37,818 nucleotides of DNA from an uncultured Dehalococcoidales bacterium (GCA_964595695.1 CAZQRE010000001.1:1-37818); one strand, 5' to 3'; counted from the first letter of the stretch, positions 17,219-25,499 are shown. Made by a program: numbers and translations. Notes: generated by a model not told the origin, from the letters alone.

Positions 17219-18451
17219 TTAAACCCCTTGAGCTGTTTTTATCAGATAGAGTGGTAATTCAAGGCCGCTAACAGGACCTACCAAGACGTCCCATGAGGTC
17301 AATTTTTTAATATCCGTAGCCAGACTCTTGGCCAATCCAGGGATGATGAGCCTAGAATGCTTAACTTCAGCGGCTACCTGTGAGTCTACGAGTGTTTTAA
17401 AGATTTCGAAAGGGCGAAAGGTTTTTTCCCCCACCGCATTGTCTATGCTGTAGCCTTTAGTATCTGTAATTAATAAAAATGCATCGGTAAGTGTTGCTTC
17501 AAGGATAAGCTTCAAGATGGAAACAGTTTCCCGAAAATTTCCGGTTACCAGTACCATAGAATCAGGGGTTGGATGTCCGAGCTTAATCAAAGCCGGGGTA
17601 ACCGACTCCATCATTGTATCATAGGGTATTAAAGGGAGTTCCAGCTTAAACACCTTTTCCATTACTGTTTTGATTTTATCGTCCAATACGGGGCAATTAG
17701 AAGGGAGGTTTTTGCCTTCGATTATTTGTTCGGCAAATTCTACACAACTAGCTGCTCCGCATTCACCACAGTCCACATCCGGAAGATAATTAAGCAAATC
17801 TTCCGCTTCAAGGGGATAAAGCTCTGCATATTCTTGTTCTACCGGCATCTTATTATTCCTCCTTAATTTGACCCCGATGAGAATAGTCCCCTGACCCCAC
17901 ACATCAACCCCTTTAAAATAGCTACTTTTCAAGAATAAATCACAAGGTGTGCTGGGATTAGCGTAAATAATGGAATGATATGAAAAATCGCTTCCCTCCA
18001 GGATACACCATTCTGCCGGGATGCACGGGATTTCAAAATGGCAGACCTTCTTTATGATATCCTGGGGAAAAGATACCCTGTCCTTGTAAATAACAAAATC
18101 ATCGAGCATAAACCAGACATTTTCCTTTTTTTTCAGCCTGGCGATGGCTTCCTCATCCTGAATTTCTTCGCCCACCACCGCCTCCCCCTTTTTTAAAATC
18201 AGGGAAGGAGAGCCCCACTTAAACTCCCTGTCGGTCATGGCAACATAGACCAAATCACAAGTCAGCACCTCCCTTACCCCGGTGTTGGTGACCCTACCCA
18301 GACCCATCAAGGAGTGCTTTTCGGCATCCTCCTCGATGCCCAACACCTGCTCAGCATCTTCTTCAGAAAAAGGGCTGGCTTCCACGATCCCCTTCACCTT
18401 CTTCAAGGCGGCTATCATCACAGCATCTGCCTTCGTCCGGTCTATGGTCAT
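17219..18451 (-). CDS. Fe-S / corrinoid-binding protein related to the CFeSP large subunit (AcsC) but lacking the TIM barrel, with an unknown ~210 aa N-terminal domain
   Basis: It has the Fe-S domain motif CGECGAASCVEFAEQIIEGKNLPSNCP. The C-terminal segment VLVTGNFRETV...LLITDTKGYSIDNAVGEKTF...RLIIPG...WDVLVGP parallels the AcsC/HgcA corrinoid domain as I recall it. ATGA overlap with the upstream ramA-like gene. Confidence 0.5.
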   Translation of the reverse strand: MTIDRTKADAVMIAALKKVKGIVEASPFSEEDAEQVLGIEEDAEKHSLMGLGRVTNTGVREVLTCDLVYVAMTDREFKWGSPSLILKKGEAVVGEEIQDEEAIARLKKKENVWFMLDDFVIYKDRVSFPQDIIKKVCHFEIPCIPAEWCILEGSDFSYHSIIYANPSTPCDLFLKSSYFKGVDVWGQGTILIGVKLRRNNKMPVEQEYAELYPLEAEDLLNYLPDVDCGECGAASCVEFAEQIIEGKNLPSNCPVLDDKIKTVMEKVFKLELPLIPYDTMMESVTPALIKLGHPTPDSMVLVTGNFRETVSILKLILEATLTDAFLLITDTKGYSIDNAVGEKTFRPFEIFKTLVDSQVAAEVKHSRLIIPGLAKSLATDIKKLTSWDVLVGPVSGLELPLYLIKTAQGV

Positions 18452-20136
18452 TTCTCCTCTCCCGCTGAAGAACTACTTTGTCGACCTTTAACTCCTGAAG
18501 TAAGCAATCTAATCAGGTTGAACACCTTTTCGGTACACGCCCTTTCACATCTCATACAGGCCACCCCATTACATAGGGCTAGGTCAATAATGATGGTACG
18601 CTCCTCCCCTTCTTCATCCAGGGAAAGGGCTTCCTCGGGGCATTCCTCGACGCACTTCTGGCAGCCGATGCACCCGTCAAAAGCCATCTCTTTCCGTTCT
18701 CCGATGTCGGGGATGATCTTCAGCCCCATAACCCCTAAATCTGGTATGTCCCTCTCCACCGTCTTAATAACCTGCGGAAGCTCACTGACCTCGTGCAGGG
18801 GAGGATAGCCATATTTTTCCATAAACTTTTGATACATCTTCAAGGGCATACCCTCAGTCCAGTAGGCAAGTTCAAGGATATAGACCTTCTCGAAAACCTC
18901 GGACTCGGCAAACATGCAGTGGTTTTGCCGCATCTCATCGGCTATTTTTTGCATGTTCCACAGTTCATCCACGTTTTTGACCATATCCCTGGACATAGCT
19001 AGAGAGGTATTCCCTACTTGGAAGACTCTCTTTATACCTGACGGTACCATACCTATTTGCTGGGCCTTCAGGGCATCGACATAAGTTCCGGAGGCGCCGG
19101 ACATATAAGCCGTTTCTATTTGGCTCATATCTATACCAGCCACCTGACAAAGGGTGAAATGCCCAGCCCTGACGGCGCCAATGGCCTTACCCGCCTCCTT
19201 AACATCGTGTTCTGTAAACTTGACGCCGCTGGCAAGTTTGATTTGACTATCGAGTGTGCTGATTTTGGGAAGTTTAATCAAACCGGCGTTTAGTCCCTGG
19301 CTGAGTAAGGCAACCACTCCGGTACCAGTAATGCCTACCGCCTCTAAACTCCCTTTATCCAGGACTTTCCCCGAATTAGGGTCCACTCGGTCTCCTTTTT
19401 GGGCAAACATATCCTGGTCAAGGATAAAACACTGAAGTCCGCCATCCAGGTAATCGACATCAGAGATGGCTCCGGGGAGGGCTAATAGGCCATCTTCAAT
19501 CTGTTGCCCTTCTAGGGCAGGTCCGGCAGCCGTAGAGCCGGTGTAAACGATTCCCCCTACTATGAGGGCCATTTCATTGTTAGTGCCGTAATCGGTGACA
19601 ATGGCGATTTCTTCCCTTTCGAGCACACCTGTCTGAATCATCATGGCTAAGGCGTCGGCTCCAATCTCGTGGCGAACCGCCGGTGGCATCAATATGTCTG
19701 TTTCCGTCGGTAGGTTAAGACCCCTGATATCCCGTGCCTTAATTATTTGGGCGTCTCTTCTCGGGGTGACCACCCCGAGACGTTCCAGCTTTCGTTTTCC
19801 AGCATAGGCCAAGTCTCTTATCTCAATTTCCCTGAAAAGAGAAAGCTGAATAGGGTTGCCGCAGACAGCCAACCGCACCACATCATTTTTTTCGATTCTA
19901 AGGTTGTCAATAACCCGATTGACAGCATAAACAACTACCTCATGGGCAGTTTCCAGCCCAACCTCCAGGGCAAAATGTAGGTGGTCCATTACATTAGCCC
20001 CTGGCAGGGGGTGCCGGGTAGTAATAGCGGTAGAGATTATTTTGTTCCCATTATCCAGGTCAATGGCTTGCCCCCTGAAGCCACTGGTTCCCAAATCAAA
20101 AGCAATACCCAGTTTCCCCATAACTCCTCCTGGCAA
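18448..20136 (-). CDS. ramA: RamA-type corrinoid reductive activase (ASKHA ATPase plus C-terminal 2x[4Fe-4S] ferredoxin domain)
   Basis: 562 aa with ASKHA motifs (FDLGTSGF, TDYGTNNE). Two C-terminal Cys clusters: CIGCQKCVEECP and CNGVACMRCERAC. Confidence 0.75.
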   Translation of the reverse strand: MPGGVMGKLGIAFDLGTSGFRGQAIDLDNGNKIISTAITTRHPLPGANVMDHLHFALEVGLETAHEVVVYAVNRVIDNLRIEKNDVVRLAVCGNPIQLSLFREIEIRDLAYAGKRKLERLGVVTPRRDAQIIKARDIRGLNLPTETDILMPPAVRHEIGADALAMMIQTGVLEREEIAIVTDYGTNNEMALIVGGIVYTGSTAAGPALEGQQIEDGLLALPGAISDVDYLDGGLQCFILDQDMFAQKGDRVDPNSGKVLDKGSLEAVGITGTGVVALLSQGLNAGLIKLPKISTLDSQIKLASGVKFTEHDVKEAGKAIGAVRAGHFTLCQVAGIDMSQIETAYMSGASGTYVDALKAQQIGMVPSGIKRVFQVGNTSLAMSRDMVKNVDELWNMQKIADEMRQNHCMFAESEVFEKVYILELAYWTEGMPLKMYQKFMEKYGYPPLHEVSELPQVIKTVERDIPDLGVMGLKIIPDIGERKEMAFDGCIGCQKCVEECPEEALSLDEEGEERTIIIDLALCNGVACMRCERACTEKVFNLIRLLTSGVKGRQSSSSAGEEK

Positions 20137-20195
20137 GAATCAATCTTTTACTTTTGTCAGTATTAATCGTTCAAGACCTCCTCCGGCACCGCCTA

Positions 20196-21008
20196 TCAGG
20201 CTAATGCCTGAACTGCCATGGCGGCGACACCCAGTTGCAGGGGGTCATGGATAAGTTGAACCATGTCTGGGTTCGGTTCGTCAATGCCCAGAGGTATGCC
20301 CGGCGCCGCCAGGAGCAGCCGACATTTCAGCTCCCTAACCTTGATGATGTTAGCAGAGGTGGTGGCGTCCAGCACCAGGTTGGTCTCGTCTAGAATCTCA
20401 CCCACGCTATCCGCTCCTCTTATGTCTGCCCTCCCCACCAAAAAATCGGACTGCTTCCTCTGGTCCCTGTCATGGACAATAAGCCGGGCACCGTGTGAGT
20501 GAAGCCAGCCCACCGCCGCCTGCCCCACCGGCCCTAATCCCAGGACGGCCACTGAGCGTTCAGCGACACCTCCGGCAGCGGCGGCCAAGGCAGCAGCATA
20601 AATCTCCCCCGTAGCCAGTGCATTGTCTACCAGTCGGTGGGAAATTAGGTTCAGTGCCAAAAAGGCGTCATCATCGGCAAGGAATATGATTTCTGAACCG
20701 CCGGCCACAGCCTCACCCAAGCCAGCCACATCCTGCCCTCTGGTAACCCTGCAAGGCAGCCCCAGAAAGCAGCCTATGTCAGCCACCTTTTCTGAAAAAC
20801 CGGAAATGATGCCCTGACCAGTAGTGATAGGAATAACCGCCACCCAGGATAGGGCTGCCACCCGGAACCTGTACTGTTCCAGTGTCATGTCTGTTGTCTT
20901 AAGAGCCAGTTCAAGCATTCCCATACCAGTTACAGCCTGCAGCCTCTGCTCGTATGCTTTCAAATCGATGGGTCCCGGCCTCAGGTCGTCTGTGGTCAAT
21001 CGCGTCAT
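20196..21008 (-). CDS. pylD: pyrrolysine biosynthesis dehydrogenase
   Basis: 270 aa, collinear with Methanosarcina PylD as I recall it: N-terminal LTTDDL, ITTGQGII versus VTSGNGII, Rossmann motif LGLGPVG, and APGIPLGI near the C-terminus. Confidence 0.85.
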   Translation of the reverse strand: MTRLTTDDLRPGPIDLKAYEQRLQAVTGMGMLELALKTTDMTLEQYRFRVAALSWVAVIPITTGQGIISGFSEKVADIGCFLGLPCRVTRGQDVAGLGEAVAGGSEIIFLADDDAFLALNLISHRLVDNALATGEIYAAALAAAAGGVAERSVAVLGLGPVGQAAVGWLHSHGARLIVHDRDQRKQSDFLVGRADIRGADSVGEILDETNLVLDATTSANIIKVRELKCRLLLAAPGIPLGIDEPNPDMVQLIHDPLQLGVAAMAVQALA

Positions 21009-22239
21009 GATTTCCTCCGAGTTGCGGCACTTGGTAGGTAGTATCTATAAAATCTTTCAGGTTCAACGCCGAAGCCATGCGCTCCAGGCATCTTTGCCGC
21101 TTTTCGGCAACTGCAGTCCAGTCAACTCCAGTAAAGATGAGGGTGCCCTTGAAAGCCGCCTTACCTTCCTGATAGTTAGTCAGGGCTACGGTGGCTCCGA
21201 AAAATCCACCATTTGGCCACACTCGGAGTCCGCTCCAGGGTAGTAGGCGCGTCTCGCCAATGACCTCCAGACGGGAGTCACTTACTGACCAGTGTTCCAA
21301 CCAGGCGCATCCAGGCCTGGCTGACGCCGGGTGGAGGGGCTGACCACATCCATAGACCTTTACCCATTCCTCCAGCAGGTTGATACCGGAGGCATGATAA
21401 ACAGCCATGGGCGTCTGACTGGGAAAGCGAGCATCAATCTCCAGAACAACAAGCTCCCCCCTTTTGGGGTCGGCCATGACCTCAACATCCATAAGCCCAT
21501 TAAGCTTCAGATGGCGGGCAATGTCAAGGCAGATGGTTTCAAACCTCTGATTAAGACTGTGGGACAATCTCGACGGAGCATAAACCCGCTTGCAATCCAG
21601 CTTAGCATCAAATTCCAATTCGGTGACCAGATACCCGATGCCTGCCCCTTGCCGGGCAATTACCTCCAAAGAAAGGGAAGGACCACTGTGATAGGCTTCC
21701 ACCACCATCTCTCCGTAACAGGCAGTGAGTTCCGGCAAAACAGCGTCCAAGGCAGTCCGACTCGGCACTACCTGAAGACCATGACTCCCACTGGCCGTGG
21801 ACGGCTTGACTATAACCGGAAAGCGACAATGAGGCCACTTTTCAGGGACAGGTATCCCATGGTTGGCAAAAAAGCTGTTACTGCGTATTTTAGACGATGA
21901 TACGGCATAGGCTGCAGTATCATGCAAAAATGTCACCCCGGCTTCCTCGCAAGTCTCCGCCAAAAAATCCAGGGTCCCGTTCTCTTCAGTTGTCGGTAGA
22001 ATCGCATCCATACCCGACAGCAGGCGGCGAAATCGGTCGGGCTCTTCCTGGATGTCAAAAACGTAGGCCTGATGAGCCAGTGCCAGAGCTGGCGCCCCCG
22101 GGTTACGGTCGATAACCGTAACCTGATAGCCAGCTTCTTGTGCCAGGTAGGCGGCCTCAATCCCTTGTAGAAGCCCCCCAACAAGTCCAAGGCGAAAGGA
22201 ATAACCATGCGGTTTAGGGTTCATAGCCACCAATCTCAC
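20911..22239 (-). CDS. pylC: pyrrolysine biosynthesis ATP-grasp ligase
   Basis: LVGGLLQGIEAAYLA and EIDARFPSQTP match PylC (LVGGKLQGFEAAYL, EIDARFPSQTP). The start is ambiguous between GTG 22239 and ATG 22224. The 3' end overlaps pylD by 98 nt. Confidence 0.85.
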   Translation of the reverse strand: MRLVAMNPKPHGYSFRLGLVGGLLQGIEAAYLAQEAGYQVTVIDRNPGAPALALAHQAYVFDIQEEPDRFRRLLSGMDAILPTTEENGTLDFLAETCEEAGVTFLHDTAAYAVSSSKIRSNSFFANHGIPVPEKWPHCRFPVIVKPSTASGSHGLQVVPSRTALDAVLPELTACYGEMVVEAYHSGPSLSLEVIARQGAGIGYLVTELEFDAKLDCKRVYAPSRLSHSLNQRFETICLDIARHLKLNGLMDVEVMADPKRGELVVLEIDARFPSQTPMAVYHASGINLLEEWVKVYGCGQPLHPASARPGCAWLEHWSVSDSRLEVIGETRLLPWSGLRVWPNGGFFGATVALTNYQEGKAAFKGTLIFTGVDWTAVAEKRQRCLERMASALNLKDFIDTTYQVPQLGGNHDAIDHRRPEAGTHRFESIRAEAAGCNWYGNA

Positions 22240-22292
22240 ATAACGAGATGAGCTTTGCTAAGGGGTCACTAAGCTCACCTCAAGCATTGGAA

Positions 22293-22322
22293 ATTATAAG
22301 CCCTGTCTAAATTCTTTGTCAA
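22293..22322 (-). promoter_or_regulatory. consensus sigma70 promoter for pylC-pylD-ramA
   Basis: Minus strand reads TTGACA (22322-22317), an 18 nt spacer, then TATAAT (22298-22293). Confidence 0.6.
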
Positions 22323-22436
22323 CAGCTTGTGCTCTACGGTTCTGCTCGGTTGTGGTTGGTGGTTATTTTAAGGCGTTTATATCAAACATTTGTCAAGTAT
22401 TTTAGGGTTATTTTGAAAATATTTTAATGTAGGGGG

Positions 22437-22465
22437 TTGACAAATAACCATGTGTGGTATATAGT
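22437..22465 (+). promoter_or_regulatory. sigma70-type promoter for the NYN gene
   Basis: TTGACA (22437-22442), a 17 nt spacer, then TATAGT (22460-22465). Confidence 0.55.
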
Positions 22466-22473
22466 GCGTTGAC

Positions 22474-23130
22474 TTGATCCTTGCCCGTTGGCTGCGGTTT
22501 CGACTGTATCCAACGGGCAAGTGTTTTATTGGAGAGCACTTGAACACGATAGTCTTTTTTGATGGTCAAAACATCTATCGCAGTGCCAAGGACGCATGGC
22601 GGTCGACCGCTAGTGACACCTATGTTTACACATGGCCTAGCTATGATGTAGAGAAATTAGCTACAGCACTAGCTTCTCAAACTTCAGGGAGGACAATCAC
22701 ACAGATACGATTTTACACTGGTGTGCCTACTTCATACCAAAATTACCATTGGAATTGTTTTGGGGGGGAGAAGCTTAAGTATTTAGAAAGCCAAGGCATT
22801 GAAGTTTATAAAGGAAAAATCAATGCGCATAACCAAGAAAAGGGCGTTGATGTTAAAATTGCTATTGATATGATACGACTTACGTATGAGCGAAAATATG
22901 ATGTGGCGATAATTTTAAGCCAAGATAGGGATTTTGAACCAGCTATTAGTCTTGCAAAAAAGATAGCTAACGACCAAAAGCGACAACTCTTTTTTGAGTC
23001 ACACTTCATAATTGGGCCTAGTAGTGATTCGGGGAGGGGGATACCAGGGACAAAATGGATGCCGATTGACAAAGCCACTTATGACGTCTGCCTTGATGCC
23101 CAAGATTACCAAAAATCCACGACGCCCTGA
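22474..23130 (+). CDS. NYN-domain (LabA/DUF88-like) putative RNase
   Basis: IVFFDGQNIY, GVDVKIAIDM and ILSQDRDF motifs are typical of NYN domains. The probable true start is TTG 22540, after GGAGAG. Confidence 0.7.
   Translation: MILARWLRFRLYPTGKCFIGEHLNTIVFFDGQNIYRSAKDAWRSTASDTYVYTWPSYDVEKLATALASQTSGRTITQIRFYTGVPTSYQNYHWNCFGGEKLKYLESQGIEVYKGKINAHNQEKGVDVKIAIDMIRLTYERKYDVAIILSQDRDFEPAISLAKKIANDQKRQLFFESHFIIGPSSDSGRGIPGTKWMPIDKATYDVCLDAQDYQKSTTP
22481..22530 (+). promoter_or_regulatory. terminator-like leader hairpin (possible attenuator)
   Basis: Perfect 11 bp stem TTGCCCGTTGG / CCAACGGGCAA with an 18 nt loop, followed by GTGTTTTATT. It lies between the promoter and the probable start TTG 22540. 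Confidence 0.45.
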
Positions 23131-23146
23131 CCTCTACCTCCCCCAC

Positions 23147-23365
23147 CTAGCCTGAGCTGCCCTCTTTGCTATTTCTACCCGCCTTTCGGGTGTGAGTATT
23201 GCAAGCCCTAGCTCTACCACCCTTTAGACCACCAAGATGCCCCAATGCCTTAGCATCAAAGGTTTTAGTTGGTTTAGGTTCAATTTGTCCCGTAGCTTCT
23301 TGAACAACCCGAAATGCTGTGATACTGAAATCGTGTTCTCGTTTCTGTCTCATACCTTTAGCCAC
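23147..23365 (-). CDS. small basic protein, probably frameshifted near its 3' end
   Basis: After GGLKGGRA the annotated frame reads ...CNTHTRKAGRNSKEGSSG. The adjacent frame reads GLAILTPERRVEIAKRAAQARWGR, ending at TAG 23134-23136, which resembles a common C-terminal motif of small GGxxGGxARA proteins. Confidence 0.35.
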   Translation of the reverse strand: MAKGMRQKREHDFSITAFRVVQEATGQIEPKPTKTFDAKALGHLGGLKGGRARACNTHTRKAGRNSKEGSSG

Positions 23366-23374
23366 ATCATTGTA

Positions 23375-23791
23375 TTAAGGAGCTAGTATGGCTCCAAAGC
23401 TTGCTTGTTGTGGGTTCTCCCTAAGAAATGTCCATAGAAACTCCAATATTATACGAAGAAAGGCCTCCCAAGTTGTTTCCTCATATTTATGTGACCTTTT
23501 CCGACAACATAACGGTTTGGCTTCCTTCCATGCGATGGCGAGTTCGGGGTGTTTCTTTAGAAATACGGTTTCAAAATCCTCTATCTCTAGTCCAACCACC
23601 TCACCATTTTCAGGGTCAACTCTAATCCAAAACTCTCCATCCCAATCTACCGACGTTGCGGGGTGTGCTTTCTCAGGGCGTAGGAAAAAGGTATCCTCAT
23701 CTTCATGATATACAGGAATGAAATTCTTTATGTTACTCATAGTGTCGTAATCTATCTGAAGATTATCCAAACCGGTTATTTTTCTTCCCAT
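23375..23791 (-). CDS. hypothetical protein with a DUF2283-like core (possible antitoxin)
   Basis: WIRVDPENGEVVGLEIEDFE resembles the DUF2283 beta-core. It overlaps the upstream gene by 16 nt. Confidence 0.35.
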   Translation of the reverse strand: MGRKITGLDNLQIDYDTMSNIKNFIPVYHEDEDTFFLRPEKAHPATSVDWDGEFWIRVDPENGEVVGLEIEDFETVFLKKHPELAIAWKEAKPLCCRKRSHKYEETTWEAFLRIILEFLWTFLRENPQQASFGAILAP

Positions 23792-24120
23792 ATCAGAATA
23801 TCCCCCTTTTTCTTATTCTGACAAGCGAAAGCTGTTGAAATATAGCCCACTAAGCCCCTAAATATCCTTTTTCTGTATTTTATTGCTACCCTAAGGTATT
23901 GGGTATGAAATGGTTTGGGCAAAATAAACGGTCGGTAGATATTTTTCTGGTTGGGGTGCTTCGGGTCTTGGTAAACTTGGTATGGTTTTTCAATAGTTTC
24001 TTTAACATATGATTCACACCCTATCATTTCAGGATGTTCAAAAACTATATGATTTTCCCATGTATCCCTCGGACAAATAACAGTGATACCATCTTTGTCT
24101 AAGCATCGGAATACATCCAT
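23776..24120 (-). CDS. hypothetical small protein (possible toxin-like partner)
   Basis: 114 aa ORF whose W-x-x-H-I-x-x-x-HPEM segment is reminiscent of small nuclease-type toxins. The family was not identified. Confidence 0.3.
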   Translation of the reverse strand: MDVFRCLDKDGITVICPRDTWENHIVFEHPEMIGCESYVKETIEKPYQVYQDPKHPNQKNIYRPFILPKPFHTQYLRVAIKYRKRIFRGLVGYISTAFACQNKKKGDILIWEEK

Positions 24121-24183
24121 TCATTCCCACTATTTTGCCACTTTTATTTATCCTGCACCACAAAAGTTACTATTATTTACTAC

Positions 24184-24213
24184 TAGTATACCATAGTGTA
24201 CCACGGTATACCG
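24184..24213. promoter_or_regulatory. three 10 bp-phased repeats (operator-like) upstream of the 24120 gene
   Basis: TAGTATACCA / TAGTGTACCA / CGGTATACCG are contiguous with a 10 bp period and include the palindrome GGTATACC. They lie 64-93 nt upstream of the 24120 start codon. Confidence 0.5.
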
Positions 24214-24296
24214 CATTTTGTAAAACAAATCAACAATTTTGTCAAGTTTTTGCCCCAATACAAAATGATACACTACCTAGTTTTAGCACAGCCTGT

Positions 24297-25127
24297 TTAG
24301 ATGTTGAGCCGTGCCCCATCCAGATAGATTAGGCTTCTACCGACACGGTGTATATTCCCATTGCCGGTAACTAACATAGCCACCCGCTCCAGCCCTACAC
24401 CCAGTCCGGCCCAGGATTCGCTGATGTTCCAGTTGCCATCCAGGGGATGGGGGCCGGTAGCGCCCGAAGCCACCTCCACCCCATTACAGACCACATCCAT
24501 GGTAAAGCCATAAACCTGAGAGGACTCTTTCACCAAATCATAGGAAAGACCGAATGTGCCCATGACCAGGTCTGCTATCTCAACTAACCGTTCTTGTGGC
24601 TTACCCAGGCAACCCAATTCCACCAAGTTTAGCATAGTGAACTCTTCCATGTGGTGGGAGCCTGTGGACTCCTTGCGCCAGCAGGAGCCTATCTCAAAAA
24701 GGCAGATTGGACGCGGCCACAGACGCTGCAAGTGTCCCAACAGAAAATAGAGGTTAGGCGCTAACATAGGGCGCAGGCAACGATTTTCATCAATCCAGAA
24801 AATCTGCTTCCACAGGGGGTCATCTTCGGTAATGTTCATTTTTTTGAGTAATCCCCGAGCCAAAAAGGCTGGGGTAGTCACCTCCACGAACCCAGCCTGC
24901 ACCAAGGCTTCGGCTACCTGCGCCGCTATTCTAATCTGGACAGGACGACGCAGACTGGTGCGGAGTCTGGTCAAGATATCCATGTTTCTTTCCGACAACT
25001 CCTTGGCCAGATGATTGAAGTAAGCGTTACGCTCCGACTCCGAGGCAAAGCTCAGTGCCAGTGCCTCAGGTTCCGCATCCAGCTCAAGGAGTCGCTGTTT
25101 TTGAGTACTTGAAAAGGTAACCTTCAT
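24297..25127 (-). CDS. pylSc: pyrrolysyl-tRNA synthetase, catalytic (C-terminal) subunit
   Basis: From ATG 25127 (MKVTFSSTQKQRLLEL) the sequence is collinear with Desulfitobacterium PylSc as I recall it. Shared segments: CLRPMLAPNLY, FEIGSCWRKES, EFTMLN, GPHPLD, GLGVGLER and SLIYLDGARLNI. Confidence 0.9.
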   Translation of the reverse strand: MKVTFSSTQKQRLLELDAEPEALALSFASESERNAYFNHLAKELSERNMDILTRLRTSLRRPVQIRIAAQVAEALVQAGFVEVTTPAFLARGLLKKMNITEDDPLWKQIFWIDENRCLRPMLAPNLYFLLGHLQRLWPRPICLFEIGSCWRKESTGSHHMEEFTMLNLVELGCLGKPQERLVEIADLVMGTFGLSYDLVKESSQVYGFTMDVVCNGVEVASGATGPHPLDGNWNISESWAGLGVGLERVAMLVTGNGNIHRVGRSLIYLDGARLNI

Positions 25128-25467
25128 GTCCGCCTTCCTTGACAAAGGAGGTCCGAGAGTATTTTTCCAGCTTCCACCCTGGCACCCGGCAACCCTGACA
25201 GGGCTTTTCGTACCACTTATTCCTGAGCCACCGTGCCAGGCGACCATTGTTGGAACGCCTAACACAGACCTTTTGGTTGCAGTGGGTAATTATGGTCATC
25301 ATGTTACCCCGGCATTTTACGGAACGGACACCATGGAGAATCCCCTTATGCGACGGCAAAAGCTTAATTCGATTTATGAGGTAATACAAGTCTTCGCCCT
25401 TCCTAAAGACCCTCTTCTTTTTCTGCTTTCCGCCAACCTCAGTGGTGACGGGACTTTGTGTTTCCAT
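25084..25467 (-). CDS. pylSn: pyrrolysyl-tRNA synthetase N-terminal tRNA-binding domain protein
   Basis: KGILHGVRSVKCRGNMMTIITHCNQKVCVRRSNNGRLARWLRNKWYEKPCQGCRV aligns with the archaeal PylRS N-domain ([55 protein letters not shown]). Confidence 0.85.
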   Translation of the reverse strand: METQSPVTTEVGGKQKKKRVFRKGEDLYYLINRIKLLPSHKGILHGVRSVKCRGNMMTIITHCNQKVCVRRSNNGRLARWLRNKWYEKPCQGCRVPGWKLEKYSRTSFVKEGGHEGYLFKYSKTATP

Positions 25468-25499
25468 AACAATCCCCCCGGGCTATAGACGGCAAACGA

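Noticed and set aside
23366-23377. Possible stop-codon read-through joining ORFs 23375-23791 and 23147-23365, which are in the same frame
   Set aside because: The separating stop is TAA, not TAG, and the downstream ORF has its own GTG/ATG start region. The shared frame is most likely coincidence.
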